NCBI GenBank assembly: GCA_018238545.1
Contig: JABCTC010000054.1
Coordinates: 1-20,485 of the forward strand
Length of the DNA stretch: 20,485 nucleotides
Reading direction: 5' to 3'
DNA from: Candidatus Heimdallarchaeota archaeon
Lineage (GTDB): Archaea; Asgardarchaeota; Heimdallarchaeia; Heimdallarchaeales; Heimdallarchaeaceae
Below, piece after piece: positions 1 through 7,477 of the stretch (position 1 is the stretch's first letter; the number at the start of each line of letters is the position of its first letter). Under the pieces are notes generated by a model that was not told the origin of the DNA, did not search any database, and saw nothing but the letters and a program-made list of their open reading frames with translations. The position numbers and the translations under genes were made by a program.

Positions 1-120
1 TCCTTGCATGTATGCTGCTATGCCAATTCTTACTAACATAGTTCTAATTTTACTGCTCTTACGAAAAATTTTCTGTTTTTTGGCAAGATTGAGCAATATT
101 TCTTCAGCTGTTGCTTACAG
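1..120 (-). mobile_element. End of an IS-like element (terminal inverted repeat 81-120), element extends out of the window to the left
   Basis: Reverse complement of 81-120 (CTGTAAGCAACAGCTGAAGAAATATTGCTCAATCTTGCCA) matches 20181-20221 (CCGTTAGCAACAGCTGATTAAAATCTTATTCAATCTTGCCA) at 33/41 aligned positions. An open minus-strand frame from ATG at 39 (MLVRIGIAAYMQG...) runs off the window. No transposase motif visible. Confidence 0.55.
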
Positions 121-159
121 TTAATCTTGTTAACTTCTAGAATCTTGTACTTGGAAAGA

Positions 160-184
160 GTGTGAAAGAAGAAAAAGGGAAAAT
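160..184 (-). terminator. Oligo-T archaeal terminator of the small-protein operon
   Basis: Minus strand reads TTTTCCCTTTTTCTTCTTTCAC just after the stop at 190. Confidence 0.5.
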
Positions 185-189
185 ACTAA

Positions 190-417
190 CTAATATGTAC
201 CAAATATTGTTAAAGTGTTATTAAGAACATCTGTGCGATTTCTTTCAACTTGTTCCTCTAAGCTAAATAAATTGAGAGAACTTTCCTTTTCTGTTGAGGT
301 GATACTACTATTTTGGATGCCCTTTGAAATTTGTTGGAGATATCTCTGTATTAGCTCTCCTTCGAAAGTAACTACTTGTTCAATCATCTTTGTTTTTTGA
401 GATATTGCTGTTGTCAT
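190..417 (-). CDS. Small protein (75 aa) of the wHTH-associated family
   Basis: ATG at 417 is preceded by GAGGTG SD. Resembles the 13259 and 13637 ORFs (FxxELIxxxLxQI; LEEQVERNR...IFGTY). Confidence 0.7.
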   Translation of the reverse strand: MTTAISQKTKMIEQVVTFEGELIQRYLQQISKGIQNSSITSTEKESSLNLFSLEEQVERNRTDVLNNTLTIFGTY

Positions 418-439
418 TTTTAAGCACCTCATGAACAGA

Positions 440-544
440 TTAGAAGAAAGCTCCTCTTAACATTAGATAGGTTTGAAGATTCTTAGTTCTTAATTCAGTC
501 TGCTTGATTTTGTCCTTGTGATTGGTTGGTTTTTTTACGTTCAT
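440..544 (-). CDS. 34-aa small protein MNVKKPTNHKDKIKQTELRTKNLQTYLMLRGAFF (not in ORF track)
   Basis: Manual translation from ATG 544 to TAA 440. AGTGA SD-like motif upstream, lies just downstream of the operator, 22 bp from the next small gene, and the C-terminus resembles LYRGS / LLTGTLF. Confidence 0.6.
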   Translation of the reverse strand: MNVKKPTNHKDKIKQTELRTKNLQTYLMLRGAFF

Positions 545-554
545 TTTAATCACT

Positions 555-571
555 TTCTCTTTCGTTAAGAA
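555..571. promoter_or_regulatory. Operator-like palindrome TTCTC-N7-AAGAA, cassette 1
   Basis: TTCTCTTTCGTTAAGAA; the match to 1817-1841 extends through -ACTATTT. Confidence 0.65.
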
Positions 572-691
572 CACTATTTCAATATATGTTAATAAAGATT
601 TCTTTTTATGTAATTAAAACTAACAACTAGTGAAATTATTAATATCTGTGAATGATAAACCTTATAACAACATATGAAAATATTAGCATGG

Positions 692-1375
692 ATGAGTTTT
701 ACTAACGCTATTGATGAAAATTACAAACCTGAGGCAATAAGAATTATTAGGGCTGAGGCGGTTCATAAGATTCTTGAAGATCCAAATTTTGAGCCAATTA
801 TTGTATCTTTACGCGAAGGTCCTATGACTATAGAAGAAATAACTCGTAGATATAACGCATATGTTGAAGTGATAGGTAGCTCAAATGATTTAACTGACTC
901 TGAAATAAGAAAGAGACAGAAATCTGAGATGACTATTTATCGATATATTAAGGATTTAGAAAATGCAAATATCGTAGTTCAAGCTGGTAGACAAATTGAA
1001 TCTGGAAAAACAACAACAAAGGCATTGTACGGTCGTTCGGCTACTCTTTTCTATCCTTTGCTAAAAACATCTGAATGGTGGGAATCCACAGAAGCTGAAG
1101 AATTTGTGGATGTACAAGTAGAATTACTAAAACTGTATCTTCCTGAATCAAAAGTTTCCAAAACAAAATTAAAACAATTGTTGATCCAACTAGATGCTGA
1201 CGGTGATGCTGTAGGTGCTAAAATCTTTGAAGAGAATAAGGAAAAAGTTTCCAAAATAATCAAGGATCTTACCTTCAAAGAAATTGACAAACATCTGCAA
1301 CGTTTTAGTTACTTAATCACTCTTTTTGAATCTGAACGGTATCTTAAAGATCTTAAAGACTGTTGTGGGGAATAA
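692..1375 (+). CDS. Winged-helix (ArsR/TrmB-like) transcriptional regulator with helical C-terminal domain, paralog 1
   Basis: LREGPMT...TIYRYIKDL...AGRQIESGKT...LYGRSA motif shared with four paralogs. Start moved from 674 to 692: TTATAA at 662-667 fits a leaderless start and the N-terminus aligns with the paralogs. Confidence 0.85.
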   Translation: MSFTNAIDENYKPEAIRIIRAEAVHKILEDPNFEPIIVSLREGPMTIEEITRRYNAYVEVIGSSNDLTDSEIRKRQKSEMTIYRYIKDLENANIVVQAGRQIESGKTTTKALYGRSATLFYPLLKTSEWWESTEAEEFVDVQVELLKLYLPESKVSKTKLKQLLIQLDADGDAVGAKIFEENKEKVSKIIKDLTFKEIDKHLQRFSYLITLFESERYLKDLKDCCGE

Positions 1376-1480
1376 TTTCTCGAAATTCTAATTACTGTGA
1401 AGAAAAAAAGGAAAAGAAATTTTGAAGAAAACAGTATTTTTTGGGGTTTTTGGTGATATCTTTCCCTGTAACCATAATTT

Positions 1481-1738
1481 CTATGTGATGAGAGAAAAAA
1501 CAGTTCCTTTTACGTGACATATGTCACACGGAACCTCTCTTTCTCTCGGGGGTATTTTTCTCTTCACTTGTCTTTTGCTGTGAGTAGTTGTCGCAGAGAT
1601 AGACCGCTCTTTAGCGCGAAGAGACCTTCCATTATTTTTTGAGGAAAAATAAGCATCAGATTCAACAAGATAGAATACGTTAGAAACGTTATCTATCAGA
1701 CTTGTTTCCTGGTTTTTCCGCGATTTGCTCACTGCCAT
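1481..1738 (-). CDS. Small basic protein (85 aa) divergent from the wHTH pair; near-terminal KGTVF and a CxxCH motif
   Basis: AGGTGG SD before ATG 1738, TATA at about 1851-1857 on the minus strand with the operator downstream, T-rich terminator near 1400-1420. Confidence 0.55.
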   Translation of the reverse strand: MAVSKSRKNQETSLIDNVSNVFYLVESDAYFSSKNNGRSLRAKERSISATTTHSKRQVKRKIPPREREVPCDICHVKGTVFSLIT

Positions 1739-1816
1739 ATTTTCCACCTATAACTCAAACATACTGAAGAGTTAGCAAACACAATTTGCTTCCACTGTGT
1801 AAGCTCCTGTGAGATA

Positions 1817-1833
1817 TTCTCATAGGTTAAGAA
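1817..1833. promoter_or_regulatory. Operator-like palindrome TTCTC-N7-AAGAA, cassette 2
   Basis: TTCTCATAGGTTAAGAA, downstream of the minus-strand TATA box (TTATATA at 1857-1851). Confidence 0.65.
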
Positions 1834-1990
1834 TACTATTTATTAAATAATATATAAGGTTTTTGCAAAAAATATGCTTTCTTTCTATAAATTATATCTT
1901 TCAATTCATAATAAAACAATAAATCTTTTAAATGTTTGAGAAAGATAAAAATACATAGAGCAGATTCAGTAGTTAGACAAAGGTTTTATC

Positions 1991-2647
1991 ATGGAAACTC
2001 GCGATTTGATTAGCTTCACTCCAAAAGCTGTTATAGTAATCGATCAGAAGAAGCAGTTCGATTTACTATATCTACCTAAAAATGCGAAGAAGTATAGTCC
2101 TATTCTTTATGTTTTACGTGATGGACCTTTAACCCTTAAGGAACTTGAGTATAAGTACAATACAATTGCTGATGAACCCAAAAAGAAGAACACCATTTAC
2201 AGTTATGTTCAAGATTTAGAAAAAGGTGGATTAGTCACTAAAGCTGGTCAACGTATTTCTCCTGGTCATACTTTTTGTGAATTGTTGTACGATCGCACTG
2301 CTACAATCTTCTATCCTGTTCTTGTTACGGATGAATTCTTCAAATCAAAGGAAGCAACTGCTGCTTTAGAGCAAACACGTAATCTACTTTCTCTCTATCT
2401 GGAGCAACCTGCACCAAATTTCAACAAACTTAAGGATGTCGTTTTTAAAACTTATCAGCATGCTCAAAGATCTGTTGGAGATATTTTCTCGGAGCATAGT
2501 GAAGAAGTTTCAGAAATAACCGCGGATCTCACTTTTTTACAATTAGACAAAATCTGTGGTATTTTTGAAACGTTGATGGCTGTTCTTCATTTTAATGATA
2601 ACTCTGAAGAATTACTGAGTGAACTTAAACTTGGAGGTAAGACATGA
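1991..2647 (+). CDS. Winged-helix transcriptional regulator, paralog 2
   Basis: LRDGPLT...TIYSYVQDL...AGQRISPGHT...LYDRTA. Confidence 0.85.
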   Translation: METRDLISFTPKAVIVIDQKKQFDLLYLPKNAKKYSPILYVLRDGPLTLKELEYKYNTIADEPKKKNTIYSYVQDLEKGGLVTKAGQRISPGHTFCELLYDRTATIFYPVLVTDEFFKSKEATAALEQTRNLLSLYLEQPAPNFNKLKDVVFKTYQHAQRSVGDIFSEHSEEVSEITADLTFLQLDKICGIFETLMAVLHFNDNSEELLSELKLGGKT

Positions 2648-3279
2648 CTACAAAGGATTTTTTAGATGAGAATTACAAAGTTAAACCTTTACAAGTTATT
2701 GATGATAAAGCTCTCATCAACTTATTGAATGATCCCAAATATGCTCCTCTCATGGGAATATTAAGGGAGAAACCATTTACTATTAAAGAGATTCGTAAAA
2801 GATATAATGCTGGTAGAAAAAAGCCAAAAGAAGAGGTTACTATCCGACAATATGTTAAAATTCTAATCGATTCAGGTTTGATAATTAAGGCAGGTCAAAG
2901 CATGACTGCAGGCAAAATAGCTGCAGAGAACCTATATGGTAGTTCTGCTAGATGTTACTTTCCAGTAGTTTTGGCTGAGGATTTTTGGGAATCAGGTGAT
3001 AATCAATTTATCACTGAAAAAGTTCTTCAGTTACTTAATCTTGTAGATACAAAGAAAAAACCTACTATCGAATCCCTTCGAATATTACTTCACTCCATAT
3101 ATTCCAAAACTGAGTTAGAGATTGCTCAAGTTTTTGAAAAATATGAGAAAGAAATAGCTGAAAATCTTTCTAATAGTCCTTTTAACGAGATTCAATATAT
3201 CTCAAACTTCATGATGTTGCTTGTTATGTTAACTAATTCTAGTATCTATAAAAAAGATTTAGAGGATAACTTTTATTAA
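2644..3279 (+). CDS. Winged-helix transcriptional regulator, paralog 3 (translationally coupled to paralog 2)
   Basis: ATGA overlap; LREKPFT...TIRQYVKIL...AGQSMTAGK...LYGSSA. Confidence 0.85.
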   Translation: MTTKDFLDENYKVKPLQVIDDKALINLLNDPKYAPLMGILREKPFTIKEIRKRYNAGRKKPKEEVTIRQYVKILIDSGLIIKAGQSMTAGKIAAENLYGSSARCYFPVVLAEDFWESGDNQFITEKVLQLLNLVDTKKKPTIESLRILLHSIYSKTELEIAQVFEKYEKEIAENLSNSPFNEIQYISNFMMLLVMLTNSSIYKKDLEDNFY

Positions 3280-3343
3280 AGCTATGAGAACTCTTACTCA
3301 AGTCGTTTCTGTATAACGATAAACCATAAAGGATTTGAAGTTT

Positions 3344-4390
3344 ATGAATATTAAACCGTTCGAAGCAAGAAAATTACAAGAGTCTCAATTTCAAGAACTC
3401 TATGATTTGGAATGCTCTGTACATGAAGAAATATTTCCGAACGATCAACACCCAACTTTCAAACTCTGGAAAAATCTCATGCTCCATCCAAACCCTCTGT
3501 ATTCTGTCCACAGATGGATAGCCGTAGCTGATAGAAAAGAGAGAATCCTTGGCTATAGTCGTTTAAGTTATCCTAATGAGAACTCTCCTATGTTTGAAAT
3601 CATGAAAAATACAGCTGATTTTAATATTCTAGTTAAGGAAGATGAACGAAGAAAGGGCGTTGGGAAATCTTTACTCACTCAAATTACAGCTAAATCTGAT
3701 AGTTTGAATCGATTAGTGCTCCAAAATGTGATAAACCACAGCTCTGGAAAAGCTTTTTGTGACCACTTTAACTGTACTGTTGCGTCAGAACGTTCAATTA
3801 ACCGGCTTCATCTTGAAGATGTTAATTGGAAGAAAATGAGAGAATGGGTTGAGCTAGGAAAAATCAAAGCGCCTAATGTCAAGATGAGAACATTTGAAGC
3901 TGTTCCTAAAGATCTTCTAGATGAGTTTTGCATGGTATATACTGTTACTGAGAACCAAGCACCGGATTATGAAACTGGAGATTATCAAGCACTAAGGGTT
4001 ACTCCTGAAAGTAGACGCCTTGATGAGAAGATGTACAAAGATAAGGGGTATGTCTGGACTACAAAATTAGCAGTTGAAGAAAATGGTTCTGTTAGTGGTT
4101 TAACTGAAATATTCTATAATTCCGAAATTCCACATATGGTCGAACAAGAACTAACTGGAGTTATGCCAGAATATAGAGAGAGGGGATTAGGGAAATGGTT
4201 AAAATCCTCTATGGCTTTTTACGTTAAAACAAACTATCCTTCTGTTAAATTCATTCAGACTGGGAATGCCAAAAACAATGAAACAATGAATGCAATAAAC
4301 AAAAGAATGGGTTTCAAACACGTTTGTGACCAATATCTAGTCAAACTAGAATCTAACCTTATAAAAGAAAAATTAAATGTGAAAAAATAG
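3344..4390 (+). CDS. Tandem (two-domain) GNAT family acetyltransferase
   Basis: Two acetyl-CoA binding motif A copies (RRKGVGKSLL; YRERGLGKWLK) and the C-terminal N..M.AINKRMGF motif. Start at ATG 3344 or TTG 3335. Confidence 0.9.
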   Translation: MNIKPFEARKLQESQFQELYDLECSVHEEIFPNDQHPTFKLWKNLMLHPNPLYSVHRWIAVADRKERILGYSRLSYPNENSPMFEIMKNTADFNILVKEDERRKGVGKSLLTQITAKSDSLNRLVLQNVINHSSGKAFCDHFNCTVASERSINRLHLEDVNWKKMREWVELGKIKAPNVKMRTFEAVPKDLLDEFCMVYTVTENQAPDYETGDYQALRVTPESRRLDEKMYKDKGYVWTTKLAVEENGSVSGLTEIFYNSEIPHMVEQELTGVMPEYRERGLGKWLKSSMAFYVKTNYPSVKFIQTGNAKNNETMNAINKRMGFKHVCDQYLVKLESNLIKEKLNVKK

Positions 4391-4393
4391 CTT

Positions 4394-5485
4394 TTAAAGA
4401 TGCTTCTTTAGCCATTCCAGAGGTTGATCAAACACTTCATTTTTTGATGCTTTCCATTCCTTCTTTTGAGAATCATATGAATCACCATAAAAATAGTACA
4501 ACTTGCTCGTATAGTGATCTAATCTGTAAAAATTGAGTTTTTCTGAGATCGACCACAAGAAGTTGCTAAATAGAGATGTATATGATGGCGGTATATTCAT
4601 CCTCCAAATATACCCATCTGAGAGCAAATTGAATCCTGTATCAAATGGTATAGGTGTTTTTTTCAAAGTGTTAAACAGCTTAGTTCTGTTGATTTCTGAG
4701 CACTTTCCTCTAAATAAAACTAGATCCACTGGTTGAACTTTTGCTCTTTTATAAAGCAGAACATAATCATTTACATTTTCATTTAGAAAAGTCATTCTTC
4801 TTGAAATTCTTACAGGTGTAACTTGGAATTTTTCTGCTAGATCATTATGTGCTTGTTTAGCATTAATCGTCATTTCTCTTAATAATTTCAAATCTAGATT
4901 CTGGATCTTATCAAGTACATTTATCTCTTGTTTATTTTCAGCAATAACGGTATCCGAAGCTTTTTCGTAATTTTCTTTCCATGGTTGAATATCCCAAATC
5001 CATTCTCCTTTCTCATTATCATAAAACTCAAATTCAGGAGCAGAACTCGCTTTGAAATCATTTCCTTGAATTTTCTCAAACCCTTCAATTAAGTTTATGT
5101 TTTTTAATTTTATGAATAATGCTTCTAGATATCGAATCGAGTTGTTTGGAATGTTAAATTGTAGAAATAAGCCTTGAGATGCTCCTAAGATTCTATTTCG
5201 ATAGATTGTGAAATCATGGAAGTCAGCAAGTTTTTCAAGTATTTTTAATTTTCTCATTTCTGAAACTTCAACTATAAACGAGACTGTTTCAAGACCAAGC
5301 GTTTCAGGTTTAAATTTAGCTCTGATCCCCTCAATATATCCATTCTTCACTAGATACTGATAATGAGCTTTTGCTGTTTTATCAGTGATGTCTAAAGCTT
5401 CAGCTATCTTTGAGAAGTTAGCTTTTGGATGTTTCTGCAAGAATTGAAAAAGGGAATAATAGGGGATCATAAACCTCAACTGCAT
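4394..5485 (-). CDS. Lrp/AsnC-like regulator with two HTH-RAM-type repeats, paralog A
   Basis: N-terminal HTH (FSKIAEALDITDKTAK), KPETLGL linker, second HTH (DLKLLREM...LAEKFQVTPVRISRR); clearly paralogous to 7478-8584. Confidence 0.8.
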   Translation of the reverse strand: MQLRFMIPYYSLFQFLQKHPKANFSKIAEALDITDKTAKAHYQYLVKNGYIEGIRAKFKPETLGLETVSFIVEVSEMRKLKILEKLADFHDFTIYRNRILGASQGLFLQFNIPNNSIRYLEALFIKLKNINLIEGFEKIQGNDFKASSAPEFEFYDNEKGEWIWDIQPWKENYEKASDTVIAENKQEINVLDKIQNLDLKLLREMTINAKQAHNDLAEKFQVTPVRISRRMTFLNENVNDYVLLYKRAKVQPVDLVLFRGKCSEINRTKLFNTLKKTPIPFDTGFNLLSDGYIWRMNIPPSYTSLFSNFLWSISEKLNFYRLDHYTSKLYYFYGDSYDSQKKEWKASKNEVFDQPLEWLKKHL

Positions 5486-5486
5486 T

Positions 5487-5942
5487 TTATGGAATTGTTA
5501 TTCCAATATAGGGATCTCCTTCACTTCCACCTGGTGGATCAAATACTACCACATCATTTACCGCAAACCAACCATTGTCATTTGTAATTAGAGTTGCTTC
5601 AATTGAATAATCTCCAGGTTCAGTAGCATAATTGTAAAATGTTATTTCTATTGTAACTGTCTTTAGTGATGTTATGATATGCAGAACTATTTCCTCTTGT
5701 TCCCCTATTGGGTTTGTTAGACAGACTTTGAGATAATAGTGTTTTATGTTTGAATCCGTATCGATTGCTATTGTAATTGAAGTAAAGATGTCATATCCTA
5801 TATAGAATGCATCATTGATTGTTACAGAGTGAATCTCGGTTCTCAGTGAGCGATTAGCTTGAACTGAGCTCACTGAATGTGAAATGAATAGTATTGATGT
5901 GAAAAGAAATATCATTGAAATTAAACGAAATTTTTTCATCAT
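5487..5942 (-). CDS. Secreted beta-sandwich (Ig-like) protein with C-terminal FDPPGG motif, paralog A
   Basis: Signal peptide (MMKKFR + hydrophobic + VQA), alternating beta pattern, LTxPxG, NxATExGxY and VFDPPGG shared with 8665-9138. Confidence 0.8.
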   Translation of the reverse strand: MMKKFRLISMIFLFTSILFISHSVSSVQANRSLRTEIHSVTINDAFYIGYDIFTSITIAIDTDSNIKHYYLKVCLTNPIGEQEEIVLHIITSLKTVTIEITFYNYATEPGDYSIEATLITNDNGWFAVNDVVVFDPPGGSEGDPYIGITIP

Positions 5943-6023
5943 AGAAATTTTCCCTAATTCTATTTAAATTTATCTCCGAAATATTTCAAAAAAAAAGAAG
6001 TAGAGAAAACTCTACATAGGTGA

Positions 6024-6824
6024 TTAAAGATAGAAGTCAATCGCAGTATTACCATCAAACTCTTGAGGTGTATCTCCACCATCGAAAGGATAAACAGATG
6101 ATGCATAATCAAATGTTGCTTCCATTGATGCAGTTCCACCTAATTGTCCAATGAGTGTATATTCTAGGAAATAATATGTCCATGCGCCATTTTCGTAAGC
6201 TGTCATATCATATCCATACCCATCATCAGTACAGGTAGTTGTTAAGTAGACTTTGGCTGCGTTTGCATTTAGCATCACTTCATTCATTCCTCCTGCATAG
6301 CAGTGATCTAGAAAGATGAAAGTATTGCTGATTGATGGAGCCATCATACTTTGGAATTCTGAATCATAGATTAATCCATCTTCACCATTTTCTCCTCCAG
6401 AAGTGTCCCACATACACAATACTTGAACATAAATTCTGTCTCTTCTTCGACGAGCACCTATGTTCACTTGAGATCCATGTCCTGAACTTATAAACGCAAC
6501 AATGTCATTTTCATCTGCTTGTGCTATGATTGTTGCCCAAGCGATTTTCACGTTGTATTCAGTTGCTAAACCATCATGTTGAGGATAGTTTGCATGATTT
6601 GAATCTCCTAAAAGTGTAATGTCATATCCTAATGGATTCAAATAGTTATACCAGTCAGTGGCATCCTCATCACAGAAAGAAAGATCACTAATAGCTTTAT
6701 AATCACTAATTCCAATAATTAGTGCGTATTTGTCTACTGGATCTTCCAGACCTTGAACCGATGCTACAGTTGTGACTAATATGACTAAAGTAATGATTCC
6801 AAATAAAAATGCTTTTTTCTTCAT
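6024..6824 (-). CDS. Secreted caspase/metacaspase-like cysteine peptidase (clan CD, C14-like)
   Basis: KYALIIGISDY, SGHG (catalytic His), LDHCYAGG (catalytic Cys), GAWTYY, N-terminal signal peptide. Start at ATG 6824 or GTG 6833. Confidence 0.88.
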   Translation of the reverse strand: MKKKAFLFGIITLVILVTTVASVQGLEDPVDKYALIIGISDYKAISDLSFCDEDATDWYNYLNPLGYDITLLGDSNHANYPQHDGLATEYNVKIAWATIIAQADENDIVAFISSGHGSQVNIGARRRRDRIYVQVLCMWDTSGGENGEDGLIYDSEFQSMMAPSISNTFIFLDHCYAGGMNEVMLNANAAKVYLTTTCTDDGYGYDMTAYENGAWTYYFLEYTLIGQLGGTASMEATFDYASSVYPFDGGDTPQEFDGNTAIDFYL

Positions 6825-6840
6825 TTTACTCACTTTTGTC

Positions 6841-6898
6841 GGGTAAATTTACCCAATTGATAAAATCAGAATATAGCTTATAAGTTTTTTGCAAAAAA
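6841..6898 (-). promoter_or_regulatory. Promoter of the peptidase operon: TATA (6877-6884) with perfect palindromes GGGTAAATTTACCC (6841-6854) and TTTTTTGCAAAAAA (6885-6898)
   Basis: Read directly from sequence; spacing fits BRE-TATA with an operator at the start site. Confidence 0.55.
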
Positions 6899-7195
6899 TC
6901 GGAATATTTCTTGCCCATTCTCCGAAACTTTTCTCATATCTACATGCGCAAAATATCCCCCTACCCTCCTTTGTTTTACTTTCACTACCTTTTCTCAGGA
7001 TCTTCTTAGTTTAGAGTTTCTCCTCTTTTTACGCAATATCGTTGTAAACTTCAATTTTACGTTCTCCTGCAATAATTGACACATATTCACAGTAAGATTG
7101 ACTTGGAACAAATGGAAAATATTTTTATATACGTTTTATAATTGTTCCATAAGAGTGTTTGTCTGTTGTTATCAGTGAAGCGGAGAGCAAGAAAT

Positions 7196-7465
7196 ATGCC
7201 ATCTAAATATATCGTTCCTGTTGATTCTGAAAAAGAAAAGATTGAATACGTCAAAAAGATGTATTGCGAAAATTGCAAAGCGAAAGGAGCGGTAGAGATT
7301 GAGTTTTTCAATGATGTTATTAAAGAAGGATACCATTATGAAGTTGCAAGGTGTATATGTGACCAATGCAATAGTAGTTTTGATGTTAGATTTTTCCCTA
7401 CATCTTCTTGTATCAACAAAAAAATCAAAACTCAAAACGCTAATCTGTCAAACTATTCTTTGTAA
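7196..7465 (+). CDS. Small zinc-ribbon protein (CxxC...CxCxxC)
   Basis: CENC and CICDQC; ATG at 7196 follows GGAG. Confidence 0.7.
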   Translation: MPSKYIVPVDSEKEKIEYVKKMYCENCKAKGAVEIEFFNDVIKEGYHYEVARCICDQCNSSFDVRFFPTSSCINKKIKTQNANLSNYSL

Positions 7466-7477
7466 AAATAGCTTATT

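Noticed and set aside
215-400. 61-aa plus-strand ORF
   Set aside because: Antisense to the SD-supported small gene that has paralogs in the window.
1392-1475. 27-aa minus-strand ORF MVTGKDITKNPKKYCFLQNFFSFFSSQ
   Set aside because: No SD, runs through the oligo-T terminator, and lacks the family tail.
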